This document shows positions 1-9,688 of a stretch of DNA of 64,000 bases, in pieces. Origin of the DNA: a candidate division CPR2 bacterium GW2011_GWC2_39_10 (lineage in GTDB: Bacteria; Patescibacteriota; CPR2); the NCBI GenBank assembly GCA_000993275.1, contig LBVV01000006.1:24-64023 (forward strand). The letters are read 5' to 3'. The translations under genes and the position numbers were made by a program. How positions within the stretch are numbered: position 1 is the first letter of the stretch; each line of letters starts with the position of its first letter. The notes beneath the pieces were generated by a model that searched no databases, had not been told where the DNA came from, and saw only the letters and a program-made list of their open reading frames with translations.

Positions 1-44
1 TATTTCAACTTTTTTAATAAAAATGAAGCTAAAATAGCCCTTTT

Positions 45-186
45 TAGCAACACTTTTTAAGCATTATGCCCATTCCAGACCCGCCTTGATGAGCAAAGCG
101 AGGCAGGCTTGATCTGGAATCCAGGAAGAATGGATCCCGCATCTAAGTGCGGGATGACAAATTGATGGGTCTGGTGAGCAGTTACT
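45..186. repeat. Double-hairpin intergenic element (GTCATTCC...GGGATGAC family) with a nested 28-bp insert at 81-108
   Basis: Core matches 63855-63914, which lacks the insert. The insert recurs inverted at 63094-63121 (27/28). Confidence 0.85.
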
Positions 187-209
187 TTTAGACAGCCTGA
201 ATGGTGTTT

Positions 210-373
210 ACTGGACTTACGCAAACCTACCACACCTCCCACACCACCTAAAGATGGCTAAAATCTCTTTTTCTCCTGCCTGAGTATCTACAAATACGCT
301 TCCAGTAGAGAAAAAAGATTTTATCTCACCTTGCTTCGGCTTGGATAGATGCGTTATTTTGCGTAAGTCCAGT
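210..373. mobile_element. MITE-like element with 16-bp perfect terminal inverted repeats
   Basis: ACTGGACTTACGCAAA at 210-225 and TTTGCGTAAGTCCAGT at 358-373; imperfect inner inverted repeat; no ORF. Confidence 0.65.
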
Positions 374-392
374 TAATAAATTGGGATTTCAT

Positions 393-432
393 CCGCCTTG
401 TTCCGCCTTGGCAAGACGCCAGTCGAGACAGG
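393..432. repeat. CCGCCTTGG...GAGACAGG micro-repeat (nested form)
   Basis: Same ends as copies at 4839, 5493, 29320, 35149 and 43015. Confidence 0.7.
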
Positions 433-463
433 TTTGAAATTTGTAATTGGACATCTGACATTC

Positions 464-487
464 AAAAAGGCCTCAAAAGGCCTTTTT
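464..487 (-). terminator. Intrinsic terminator after sensor kinase 1 (bidirectional shape)
   Basis: AAAAAGGCCT-caaa-AGGCCTTTTT just past the stop codon. Confidence 0.75.
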
Positions 488-498
488 TGCCCTGAGGC

Positions 499-2676
499 CT
501 ACTTCCCTGCCTTCAAATAAGAATCTATCTTTTTTATATTCTTACTTTCTTCCATGCCCGTTTGCCACGGTAGCCAGAAACCAAAAGTTGCTCCCTTACC
601 CGGCTCACTTTCAAAAAAAATCTTGCCCTTATGGCCTTCTATAATTTTTTTACCTAAGAAAAGTCCTAGGCCGCTACCGTCTGGTCTAACTCGCTGAGCA
701 TTAGTACCTCTAAAAAATTTAGAGAATAAATGCCTTTGCTGGTCTTCCGGTATGCCAATTCCCGTATCCTTAACTTTTAAAATCACTCCGTCATCATCTC
801 GATCAACAATCACTTCAATTCCGCCTTCTCTGGTATAGAAAATGGAATTTTCAATTAAGTTAGAAATCACCTGGCCCAATTTTAACTTGTCCACAACCAA
901 ATTTTTCCTTTTTCCGGCAATTACACTTAGCTTCAGGTATAATCCTCTAGACTCCGCCCTCTCTCTTAAATGCGCCATTTCTTCAGCCGCAATTTCGGCT
1001 AAGTCCATATGCACGCCTTGCATGAAAAACTTGTTGGTCTCAATTCTTGAAATATTTAATAAGTCGTCAATTAGCCTTTCCATTCTGTCCGAATTAACAT
1101 AAGCTTCCCTCATAGCTGCCATCTGGGTAGTATCCAACTCGCCGAAATCACCCTCAACCAGCATATGAAGATAGCCCTTAATTGTTGTAAGGGGCGTTCT
1201 TAGCTGATGAGAAGCCATGGACAAAAATTGATCCTTGGCCTTATCCAGCTCCCTTAAATGCTTATTTGCTTTAACCAGCTTTTCCGTTGACTGATTTACT
1301 TTTTCCTGCAAATTTTCGGCAAAATGACAAGTTTGTTCATATTGCATTGCGTTTTGAATTGCAATTGATAACTGCTTAGCCAAAATCTTTAGAACATTAA
1401 TGTCTCGAATTGAATAAGGTTCACTCGTTTTCTTGTGTCCAATTAAAAAAATACCGCCCAGGTAAGAATGCGTCTTCAAACAAAAACTAAGTCCGGAATC
1501 ATATTTCTTTAGTATTTCTAAACGATAGTCTCCTTTTTCAAGTTCATATTCATCTACCATGGGCTGTCCCCATAAGTCTCTTGCCTCTTCCAAAGATATT
1601 TTAATTAATTTTCCGTATCCGATAGCGTAAGTTTCGCTAATCTGCCCCTCTCTTGTCGTGGCCACCAGTATATGGGACGTTTTCATTGATTTTTCTAAAA
1701 TGGCATAAACTTTAAACAAAATTTCATGCAAGAGCATTGAGGAAGTAATATCCTCGCCAACTTCCTCAATTAATCTTTGTGTTTGATAATCATTCTTTAA
1801 AAAGAAGCTGTTTGTCGCCTCTTCAATTATTTTATGAATATACTCGAAGACATAGAAAAATAAAGCAGAAACAACAGCCGTTATTATTATAACCGTTAAA
1901 TCAATCGTCCGTCCCGAAGCATATAGAATAAGAAAGCCCGCGATAAAACCGACCAACAAAATCATGGCTGTCAAAACTAAATACTGCACCGCCTTAGAAG
2001 CAACAAATCGGATGTCCATTAATCTATGCTTGGCCATAGCATATGCAGAGAAAGAAACAAAAAATATTGAACTCTGCGCATCCAAAGGGCCAATGGAAGT
2101 TAAACTAAATACCGGCAGTAAAATAAGGCCATAAATTAAACCAATAATTGCAAAAATTGACGTGCCCACAAGAACATAAAGCATTTGAACACGTTTTAAG
2201 CCATGGGATTTGACATATCCACTTATTAGCAAGTAAAGAAGCATACCAAGATAACCAGCTTGAATAACCGAATAAATACTATAAAGATTACCCATTTCTA
2301 CGCTAAAATGCAAAGAATCTGTAATATTGATATCTCTAACTACTAAACCACTTAAAAAAGTTAAAAAAACAAATAGAAAGGCAGGCAAAGACACAAAAAC
2401 AAGTCGTGCTTTCTCAATTGTTTCATTTTTAAGGTAGCTAATCCAAATAATCGCCGCGGGCATAGGCAATATTCCAAAAGCATACTCAGCCCTCATAAAA
2501 AATAAATTTGGATAAACACCAAAGAGAAAATTGGACAAAATCCATATAGATGTAAAACCAGTAAAGATTACGAAGTACCTGTTGACGATTCGCTCTTTTT
2601 GATTCAAAAAAGCTATCACGCCAAGTGATAATACAGATAAGAAACAAACCAGATTAATAATGTTTACTAAATACAT
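499..2676 (-). CDS. Membrane sensor histidine kinase (N-terminal multi-TM/7TM, GAF-like, HisKA, HATPase)
   Basis: H-box ASHQLRTPLT; N-box NLIENSIFYT; G-boxes DTGIGIP and GSGLGL; hydrophobic N-terminus. Confidence 0.93.
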   Translation of the reverse strand: MYLVNIINLVCFLSVLSLGVIAFLNQKERIVNRYFVIFTGFTSIWILSNFLFGVYPNLFFMRAEYAFGILPMPAAIIWISYLKNETIEKARLVFVSLPAFLFVFLTFLSGLVVRDINITDSLHFSVEMGNLYSIYSVIQAGYLGMLLYLLISGYVKSHGLKRVQMLYVLVGTSIFAIIGLIYGLILLPVFSLTSIGPLDAQSSIFFVSFSAYAMAKHRLMDIRFVASKAVQYLVLTAMILLVGFIAGFLILYASGRTIDLTVIIITAVVSALFFYVFEYIHKIIEEATNSFFLKNDYQTQRLIEEVGEDITSSMLLHEILFKVYAILEKSMKTSHILVATTREGQISETYAIGYGKLIKISLEEARDLWGQPMVDEYELEKGDYRLEILKKYDSGLSFCLKTHSYLGGIFLIGHKKTSEPYSIRDINVLKILAKQLSIAIQNAMQYEQTCHFAENLQEKVNQSTEKLVKANKHLRELDKAKDQFLSMASHQLRTPLTTIKGYLHMLVEGDFGELDTTQMAAMREAYVNSDRMERLIDDLLNISRIETNKFFMQGVHMDLAEIAAEEMAHLRERAESRGLYLKLSVIAGKRKNLVVDKLKLGQVISNLIENSIFYTREGGIEVIVDRDDDGVILKVKDTGIGIPEDQQRHLFSKFFRGTNAQRVRPDGSGLGLFLGKKIIEGHKGKIFFESEPGKGATFGFWLPWQTGMEESKNIKKIDSYLKAGK

Positions 2677-2692
2677 ATTCTCCCAAAAAAAT

Positions 2693-3964
2693 CTACTTAA
2701 TTAATTTCATTTCTTTGCCAATTTTCCCCAAACCCTTAACCAGTTTATCCAGATGCTCCTTTTTATGAGTAGACATTGGCACAATTCTAATTCTAGCCGT
2801 TCCCAGTGGAACTGCCGGCCACCTAAAGCTTTCAACATAAATTCCTTCTTTAAAGAGTGCCTTATTCAGCTTTACAGCAATGGCCTCATTTCCTAGTATT
2901 AGTGGCAACGATGGCACCGTCTGATCTCCCCAAATAGTGAAACCAAGCGCTGTCAGTTTTTTATAAAGATAATCATAATTATCAAGAAGTTTTTTTCTGC
3001 GATCAGCAGCAGTTTTGGTAATTTCAACAGCCTTCTTTAAGCCGGCAGCCACGCAAACCGAAACCGGAGATGAATACATATAAGCTCTCATCGCAATCCT
3101 AAAATAATCTATTAGTCTTTTCTCGCCTGCAACAAAGCCGCCCATACCTCCAAGTGCCTTACTGCAAGATCCCATAATAATGTCAACGTCTTTTTGAAGT
3201 CCAAAATGCTCGGCCGTACCTCCCCCTCTTTTACCTAAAATACCAATGCCATGGGCGTCATCAATTAAGGTTATGGCATCATATTTTTTAGCAAGATCAA
3301 CTATCTCTGGCAGAGGACATAAAACACCTTCCAAACTGAACGAACCTTCGGTTACAATAAGTTTTCTTTTCTTCGCTGGCAGAGACCGCAGTATTTTTTC
3401 TAAGTCTACCATGTCATTATGTTTAAAGATTTTTCTCTCCGCAGAACTTAGTCGAACACCGCTAATAATAGAAGCGTGATTGTCTTTATCACTAATTATC
3501 ACTCCGCTATTCTTAGCATAAGGCAGCGGAAACTCTGAGGTAAAAGGATCCATTAAAACTGTAAACATTCCTTCGTTCGTCATGTATCCCGTAGAAAAAA
3601 AGATAGCAGCTTCCTTACCGACCAAATTTGCAAATTCTGCCTCTAGCTCATCGTACAACCTTACATTTCCGGATAACAATCTGGAAGTTCCCGGGCCAAT
3701 GCCGTATTCCCTAGCCTTTTCCATGGTTACTTTTATTACTTCAGGATCAGCCGCTAGACCCAGATAATTATTTGAACTAAACATTATGGTTTTTTTGCCA
3801 TCTACCATAACTTCCGGCTCCGTTGGGGCGCTGTCTATTAATCTAATTTCGGGGTAAATATTTTCCTCATCCAAGATATCCAAGAACTTATGCATATTTT
3901 TAAATCTTTTATCCGAGTCTTTTCGCCCTTCCTTGTAAAGCTGTCTTAATTTCTCTTCCATCAT
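2693..3964 (-). CDS. PLP-dependent alpha-oxoamine synthase (BioF/KBL/SPT/CqsA family)
   Basis: SSNNYLGL, NHASI, DDAHGIG and GSCSKALG (PLP lysine) motifs. Confidence 0.9.
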   Translation of the reverse strand: MMEEKLRQLYKEGRKDSDKRFKNMHKFLDILDEENIYPEIRLIDSAPTEPEVMVDGKKTIMFSSNNYLGLAADPEVIKVTMEKAREYGIGPGTSRLLSGNVRLYDELEAEFANLVGKEAAIFFSTGYMTNEGMFTVLMDPFTSEFPLPYAKNSGVIISDKDNHASIISGVRLSSAERKIFKHNDMVDLEKILRSLPAKKRKLIVTEGSFSLEGVLCPLPEIVDLAKKYDAITLIDDAHGIGILGKRGGGTAEHFGLQKDVDIIMGSCSKALGGMGGFVAGEKRLIDYFRIAMRAYMYSSPVSVCVAAGLKKAVEITKTAADRRKKLLDNYDYLYKKLTALGFTIWGDQTVPSLPLILGNEAIAVKLNKALFKEGIYVESFRWPAVPLGTARIRIVPMSTHKKEHLDKLVKGLGKIGKEMKLIK

Positions 3965-4055
3965 AATAATTTTTCTCCAAAATTAATTAAACTAACAGAT
4001 TAGCTATTTCTATTCTAGCATCTAGTACATTATCAATAAACCACTAAAAATTTTA

Positions 4056-4676
4056 CTAAACATCATGGTCATAGGAATGGCCAAGCTCCCTAGCTAGTTC
4101 CGGCATTAATATTTTATGCACAATTTCCTTCGGTTCCTTATGTTTAATTTCTTTGTAGATTATGGGCTGCAAAAAAACCACTTTGCATATTTTTTTAAAG
4201 CTGGGAAAAAATTTGCCTCTTCTCCAAACTACATGCGACTCCTTAATGGCAACCGGTAAAATATCCGCTTCATTTTGGAGGGAAATACGGGCTACTCCCT
4301 TATAAGCTTTAAGCAGTTTACCGTCATTACTTCTTGTGCCTTCAGGAAAAATAACTAAAACATGGCCCCTCTTTAAAACATCCTCTGCAGCCTGATATAC
4401 AGCGCTTCTTCCCTTTTTAAAACTATCCACTTTTATCTGACCGGTCATTCTTAGTATAAGCCTAAAAAAAGGGTTTTTATAAAAAAAGTCCGACACTAGA
4501 AAATAAAGCCTTCTTTTGCTAGCCACTACCAGAAGAGCAAAATCTAAAAAACTGGCATGGTTTGCCGCAATAATAATCGGGCCTTTTTTGGGTAAATAAT
4601 GGATGCCCTCAACTTTTTCAACCCAAAAGATTCTAATTATCCAGCCCAATAATAATTTAGTTATGGAATAAAACAT
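4056..4676 (-). CDS. Lysophospholipid acyltransferase (PlsC family)
   Basis: NHASFLD and FPEGTRS motifs. Confidence 0.92.
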   Translation of the reverse strand: MFYSITKLLLGWIIRIFWVEKVEGIHYLPKKGPIIIAANHASFLDFALLVVASKRRLYFLVSDFFYKNPFFRLILRMTGQIKVDSFKKGRSAVYQAAEDVLKRGHVLVIFPEGTRSNDGKLLKAYKGVARISLQNEADILPVAIKESHVVWRRGKFFPSFKKICKVVFLQPIIYKEIKHKEPKEIVHKILMPELARELGHSYDHDV

Positions 4677-4828
4677 AAAATTATTATAGCAAATTTTTCA
4701 GGACTTATGCACTTCAATATTATTCGACTTTTGCGAGACATGTCCGCCTTAGAGACGGGGGACATTAAAAACCTCCCCTAAACCCTCCCAAACAGGCTGT
4801 CTAAAAAGCTTAAAATCAACTAGATTTT

Positions 4829-4946
4829 GTCATTCCAGCCTGTCTCGTTTGGCACTCACCAAGGCGGGCGAAAGCGGGAATCCAGTCCTTAGGTCATTTT
4901 GGGGCATTCTGGATTCCGGGTCAAGCCTGCCTCGCTGACAGCCTGC
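4829..4946. repeat. GTCATTCC...GGGAATCC hairpin element with nested 30-bp micro-repeat (about 4839-4868)
   Basis: Removing the insert restores GTCATTCC(A/C)GCGNNNGCGGGAATCC as seen near 60114. Confidence 0.75.
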
Positions 4947-5001
4947 AAAGGGAGAGGAATAATAGAGAAGTTTCTTGCTTATTGTTTATTGTTTATTGAA
5001 C

Positions 5002-5388
5002 CTATGCCAATTTTAAATGTTTCTTAATCATATTTATCTCAAGCTGTTGATTTTTAAGACCTTCTTCCAATCTTTTAATAGCCACATTGGTAAATATCCG
5101 TTCTTAATCCAGACGCATAAGAATAGAAGTATGCCCATCTAACACTGTCAAAATTTCATCTTTAAAATTCCTTATATCGGATCTTATTTCTTGAAATTCT
5201 TTATCTTTCTCATTTATTCTTGTATTGGTAGCCTTTATTAATGCATGGGTTTCAATAGAGCTGCTCTGTATTGCGGCCATTATATCTTTAATCTGCTTAT
5301 CACGCTCTTCAAACTTTTCAGCAATATCACCAAAACCCTTGACCATCATGGCTGACAAATCTTCTAATATTATATCATTTTTCTTCAT
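5002..5388 (-). pseudogene. Coiled-coil hypothetical protein interrupted by an in-frame TAA at 5104-5106
   Basis: The frame continues after the stop as ERIFTNVAIKRLEEGLKNQQLEINMIKKHLKLA* to 5002. Confidence 0.65.
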
Positions 5389-5482
5389 AATTACCTTTTC
5401 GCTAAATTGACTATTGTTAGTATAAAATATTTTCCACAAGCATTCAACCAATTTCGACTGAATGACATTTAATTTTTGGTGT

Positions 5483-5584
5483 GTCGTTTCTGCCTGTCTC
5501 GTTTGGTACTCGCCTGTCTAGGCGCCAAGGCGGGCGTAGGCAGGAATCCGAAATGAATGGATTCCGGATCAAGTCCGGAATGAC
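5483..5584. repeat. Double-hairpin element with doubly nested micro-repeats
   Basis: Ends GGATTCCGGATCAAGTCCGGAATGAC; contains CCTGTCTCGTTTGG...CCAAGGCGG. Confidence 0.75.
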
Positions 5585-5709
5585 AAGCAAAAGAAGGGCA
5601 GGGATGAGAATGTCCTCTTTACCTTACTATTGTCATCTTCTTTTTCATTTAAAATTGAGATTTTCTTGTTTCTTGCTTATTGCTTTTTGTTTATTGTTTA
5701 TTTCTTCTG

Positions 5710-7899
5710 CTAATGCAAATTAAGCAGTTCGTGTTTCTTCGGATCTACCTTAATAGGCGAATGTATCGGAAGCCGGAAACCAAAGACGGATCCTTTTCCC
5801 GGGGTTGACCTAAAAATTAATTCGCCTTTATGATCTTCTATTACTCTTTTGGCAAGATATAAGCCCAGCCCCGTACCATCCGGCCTAAGGCGTCTGGCAT
5901 TATCTGCCCTGTAAAATTTGGCAAATAATTTTTGCTGCATTTCTTTAGGAACCCCAATTCCGGTGTCTCTCACTTCAAAAACAAAATCCTTGTGGCTTGC
6001 CGAACATTTTACCGTCACCCCGCCCTTTTCTGTGTAATAAACGGAATTATCAATAAAATTCATGATAACCTGACGTATCTTATTTTCATCCGCTTCTATT
6101 TTTGGCATATCCGCCGGTGCTTCAAATTTTAAGAAAATGCCCTTTTGTCTTGCCGCCGTTGTAAGCTGTTTCATTTCTTCCTGAATCAGTTTTTTCATAT
6201 CCAAAGGCATCGGATCAATAAAAAACTTGCCCGTACTCATTCTGGAAACGTTTAGCAAATCATTTATCAAATTAACCATTTTGTTAGCGCCCTGAAAAGC
6301 TTCGTTTATAAAATCATACTGCCCTATTTTAATTTCCCCCGCATCCCCTTCCAGCAACATGGATAGATAGCCTTTTATAGCGGTTAAAGGAGTTCTAAGT
6401 TGATGCGACGCCATGGAAATAAACTCGTCTTTTGCCTTATCAAGTTCCTGCAAATGTTCGTTTGCTTCCCTTAATTTTTTGGTTTTCCGCATTACTTCCG
6501 CCCGAAGGGTTAGGTTAAATTTCTGAATTTCCTCATACTGCTTGGCTCTTTGCATGGCCATGGTTATTTCCGGCGCCGTTATCTCCAAAATTTCAATATC
6601 CTTAGCCGCAAACATATCGCCCGATTTCTTTTCGCCAAGCATTAAAAGGCCGGCAAACTGATGATCTTCCATTAACCTAATTACCACCGAAGCTTCGTAT
6701 TTTCTTAAAATATTTTTTAAGTGGCTTCCCTCTTCAAGCTCATCAAAGACGATTATATCAATTCGGCTTAATTTTTTGACGTCTTCAAATTTTATGTCCG
6801 GAGCACTTTTATACCCTATAGACTGAATAGTATGAATTTTATCATCTTCCACTACCACAAAAGTGCCTTCCAAAATTCTCATTTCCTGAATTATATGATC
6901 CAATGTTTTGTATAGAAGCTCGGTTAAAATGATGTTTGTGCTTAAAATTTTGTTAGTTTCCTTTAAAAAAGCCTCCGGATCATATTGCTCTTTAAAGAAA
7001 ATACTATCCGTGGCTTTGGTAACAGCTTTTCGAAGCGGCTGAAAAGTAAAGGCAATTATAACGGCCAAAACCGTCCTTAATGCCCCTTGCGCCAAACCAA
7101 GCTGACTTGTACCCGGAAAGAATATTCTCTCAAGCGCCAAAACCGAACCGGCATAAACTCCCGCCACAATTAAAACCAAAACCGAATAAGCAATAGACCG
7201 AGCAACAACCAACCGAATATCCATAAGCCGATGTTTAACAATGGCGTAGGAGGTGAAAGCGATGAAAAAGGATGTAGCAATTGGTGCCAATTTTGCTGTT
7301 TGCCCGCTATTCGTGACCAAAGGAATAATCGCACTAAAGATAAGGGCAAAAATAATGAGCAAGCCAAAACCTAAAAAAATATATTTAATCTGAGATTTTT
7401 CTAACGAACGACTACTTTTATATTGCAAGATAAGAACGCCGAATAATAAAAGGAAAGCTATAATAAGATAAGCAAAATGCAGACTAACAAATGGTCCTAA
7501 AATTGGATTAAAACCCCAATCCTTAGACTCCATACCACTAATTAGCAAAGGGCTAAAAGTTACAAATGACAAAAAGACTGGTACAAATAAAAAATACTTT
7601 ATTAATTTAATATAGCCTTTTTTCAACGTTTTCGGAAAAATCAAAGCAAAGTACAACAAGAAAAACATTACCCATAACGCGGCAAAGTTCGTAATTCTCG
7701 TCCACATTAATGCACTTGCTGCAGAATGGGTAAAATCAACTAAATAATTACTCAGTAAGGTTATAATAATAAAACAATCAACAACAAAGAAAACAATATT
7801 CATTTTACTTTTTTTATTCCTAAATATCACAACTAAACCCAGTATGATATTTAGACTAATAAAAATATAACTAATAAAATTATAAAATGGACTATTCAC
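5710..7899 (-). CDS. Membrane sensor histidine kinase, paralog of 499-2676
   Basis: ASHQLRTPLT, NFIDNSVYYT, DTGIGVP, GTGLGL; shares KHRLMDIR with kinase 1. Confidence 0.93.
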   Translation of the reverse strand: MNSPFYNFISYIFISLNIILGLVVIFRNKKSKMNIVFFVVDCFIIITLLSNYLVDFTHSAASALMWTRITNFAALWVMFFLLYFALIFPKTLKKGYIKLIKYFLFVPVFLSFVTFSPLLISGMESKDWGFNPILGPFVSLHFAYLIIAFLLLFGVLILQYKSSRSLEKSQIKYIFLGFGLLIIFALIFSAIIPLVTNSGQTAKLAPIATSFFIAFTSYAIVKHRLMDIRLVVARSIAYSVLVLIVAGVYAGSVLALERIFFPGTSQLGLAQGALRTVLAVIIAFTFQPLRKAVTKATDSIFFKEQYDPEAFLKETNKILSTNIILTELLYKTLDHIIQEMRILEGTFVVVEDDKIHTIQSIGYKSAPDIKFEDVKKLSRIDIIVFDELEEGSHLKNILRKYEASVVIRLMEDHQFAGLLMLGEKKSGDMFAAKDIEILEITAPEITMAMQRAKQYEEIQKFNLTLRAEVMRKTKKLREANEHLQELDKAKDEFISMASHQLRTPLTAIKGYLSMLLEGDAGEIKIGQYDFINEAFQGANKMVNLINDLLNVSRMSTGKFFIDPMPLDMKKLIQEEMKQLTTAARQKGIFLKFEAPADMPKIEADENKIRQVIMNFIDNSVYYTEKGGVTVKCSASHKDFVFEVRDTGIGVPKEMQQKLFAKFYRADNARRLRPDGTGLGLYLAKRVIEDHKGELIFRSTPGKGSVFGFRLPIHSPIKVDPKKHELLNLH

Positions 7900-8611
7900 T
7901 TGATGCCTTTTTCTTTACAACAAATATCCAATTTTGTTTGGCTTGTATTTCTTCACATCGCTCTATAATAAAACCAACGCTTTCCAACATATCCTTTATT
8001 TCATTAAAATCTTGGTACTTTATTCTTCCCTTATTATTATAATTATCTAATTTCCTTTGAACCCTTAGTACTTTTATTAAACTTTTAATTGAAATAATAT
8101 CTTTAAAAATCTCTTTTACAATTTCTACAAAAGTTTTGCTTTTATATTGTTCCTTAAAAAATTCTTTCGTGCTTCCTTTAGGTTTAGGATTTATCAATAT
8201 CAGATAGCCATTTTCATTTAAGAGAAAAAATAAATTATTTATTAATTTTTCTGGCTTCGCAAGAAAGAAAATTACATTTATGGCAACAATGCAATCAAAT
8301 GACTCTTCCTTATATGGCAATGTATCATTCAAATCCCATATATTAAAAGTGATATTGGGCTTATCGCCTATTTTCACCTTCGCTATACCAAGCATTTTTT
8401 TGGAAAAATCAAGCGCCTCTATTTGTCCTTGATATGATTTTTTAATTAAAAATTCTTCCAGTAATCCACTTCCACATCCTATGTCCAATATCGTTTTTGG
8501 TTTTAAATCTGAAATTATCTTCGCAACATAGTCAAATTTATCATGATGTGCTTGTGATACTTTGGAGATATTGTCATAATCTTTTGCAATATCATCCCAT
8601 AAATTTTTCAA
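7892..8611 (-). CDS. Class I SAM-dependent methyltransferase
   Basis: ILDIGCGSG motif I; overlaps the kinase start. Confidence 0.88.
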   Translation of the reverse strand: MKNLWDDIAKDYDNISKVSQAHHDKFDYVAKIISDLKPKTILDIGCGSGLLEEFLIKKSYQGQIEALDFSKKMLGIAKVKIGDKPNITFNIWDLNDTLPYKEESFDCIVAINVIFFLAKPEKLINNLFFLLNENGYLILINPKPKGSTKEFFKEQYKSKTFVEIVKEIFKDIISIKSLIKVLRVQRKLDNYNNKGRIKYQDFNEIKDMLESVGFIIERCEEIQAKQNWIFVVKKKASSE

Positions 8612-8612
8612 T

Positions 8613-9410
8613 TCATTCTCCTATTTCGAATTTTTTTATAAACATCTTTTCAAGATCAACAATAAAAATCGCTGGCGCTTCAGCAAGTGGCGCAACTCCT
8701 CTTATAGCAACCTTTATGATCTCTTCAACTAAATAACCAGATCCAATGCTTGGTGGTGTTGCGTGTGATGCGATATGTAATTGATTTGTGCCAATAATAT
8801 TATCTATAATTTCTGGAGTTACTCCTTTCGGTAATACTGGAAAAAAGAAAGAAATAGCCTTTCTCAAATCAGGAGTGCCATTTATCATTATTGCGTCTAG
8901 GATACTCTTACCAGAAGGATTAAAGCTGGTAAAACTTAGTATTTCTTTAGCAGCTTGGCTGGTAAAAACCCACAAATTCCTTTTTCTTGCTTCTAAATGT
9001 AAAATAATTTCGTTCTTTAATTCAAAAAAATCAATCGCATCTATTACAACGTCTGTCTTGTCTAAAAATTCATCAACATTATTTTCATCAATAAATTCAT
9101 TCCAAAATCTAACTTTTAGATAAGGATTAATCCTCTTGAGCTCTTCACTTATTGCTTCTGCCTTGTATTTACCTATCGTGTCAATATAAGCTCCAAATTG
9201 TCTGTTTAAATTCGAAGCTTCAAATTTGTCTGCATCCGCCAATCTTATCTCTCCCACTCCTAATCTAGCTAGAATATAAGCCACCGGCCCCCCGAGTCCA
9301 CCAGCACCGGCTATTGCCACTTTCAAATTTTTTATTTTCTCCTGCTCTTCGGGAGTAAAAATACCTATATTCCTCTGGAATATTTCATCATAAGAATACT
9401 CACTTGACAT
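8613..9410 (-). CDS. ThiF/MoeB/E1-like adenylyltransferase
   Basis: RNIG..EQEKI, GAGGLGG, DADKFEASNLNRQ, GKYKAE; no C-terminal CxxC zinc motifs. Confidence 0.9.
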   Translation of the reverse strand: MSSEYSYDEIFQRNIGIFTPEEQEKIKNLKVAIAGAGGLGGPVAYILARLGVGEIRLADADKFEASNLNRQFGAYIDTIGKYKAEAISEELKRINPYLKVRFWNEFIDENNVDEFLDKTDVVIDAIDFFELKNEIILHLEARKRNLWVFTSQAAKEILSFTSFNPSGKSILDAIMINGTPDLRKAISFFFPVLPKGVTPEIIDNIIGTNQLHIASHATPPSIGSGYLVEEIIKVAIRGVAPLAEAPAIFIVDLEKMFIKKFEIGE

Positions 9411-9564
9411 AAAAATCTCCTTTACCTAAATATATCAGAATATCCTAAGTAAGCAAAACCTTTTCCCCTTTTCCCCCATCCTGTCCCCCCATCCAAACCC
9501 TAACCTAACAAAATGATGAAATAGCCGCGACCGCGTGTATTTCATCATTCTAACAACATAGCGT

Positions 9565-9600
9565 GCACCCGGTGTGTGCCAAACAGACACATCTGGAATA
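9565..9600 (+). repeat. Degenerate copy of the RAYT-associated 39-bp repeat
   Basis: GCACCCGGTGTGTGC-caaaca-GACACATCTGGAATA. Confidence 0.75.
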
Positions 9601-9633
9601 TTTCATCATAAGAATACTCACTTGACATAAAAA
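9592..9633. repeat. 42-bp exact duplication of the thiF-like gene 5' end (9374-9415)
   Basis: TCTGGAATATTTCATCATAAGAATACTCACTTGACATAAAAA at both sites. Confidence 0.9.
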
Positions 9634-9688
9634 CAGAATATTAACCATAAGCAAATATCACTATCTATGCGGCTATGATCATCTGTAG

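Noticed and set aside
2693-3964. Calling this gene bioF
   Set aside because: Motifs do not separate BioF, KBL, SPT and CqsA, and no other biotin genes are nearby.
5104-5106. Stop-codon reassignment (genetic code 25)
   Set aside because: The internal stop is TAA; long genes are intact in the standard code and TGA ends genes normally.
5481-5723. Short ORFs 57-242, 5481-5723, 35116-35316, 45318-45590, 59881-60093, 61919-62101
   Set aside because: They are translations of repeat elements with no protein motif.
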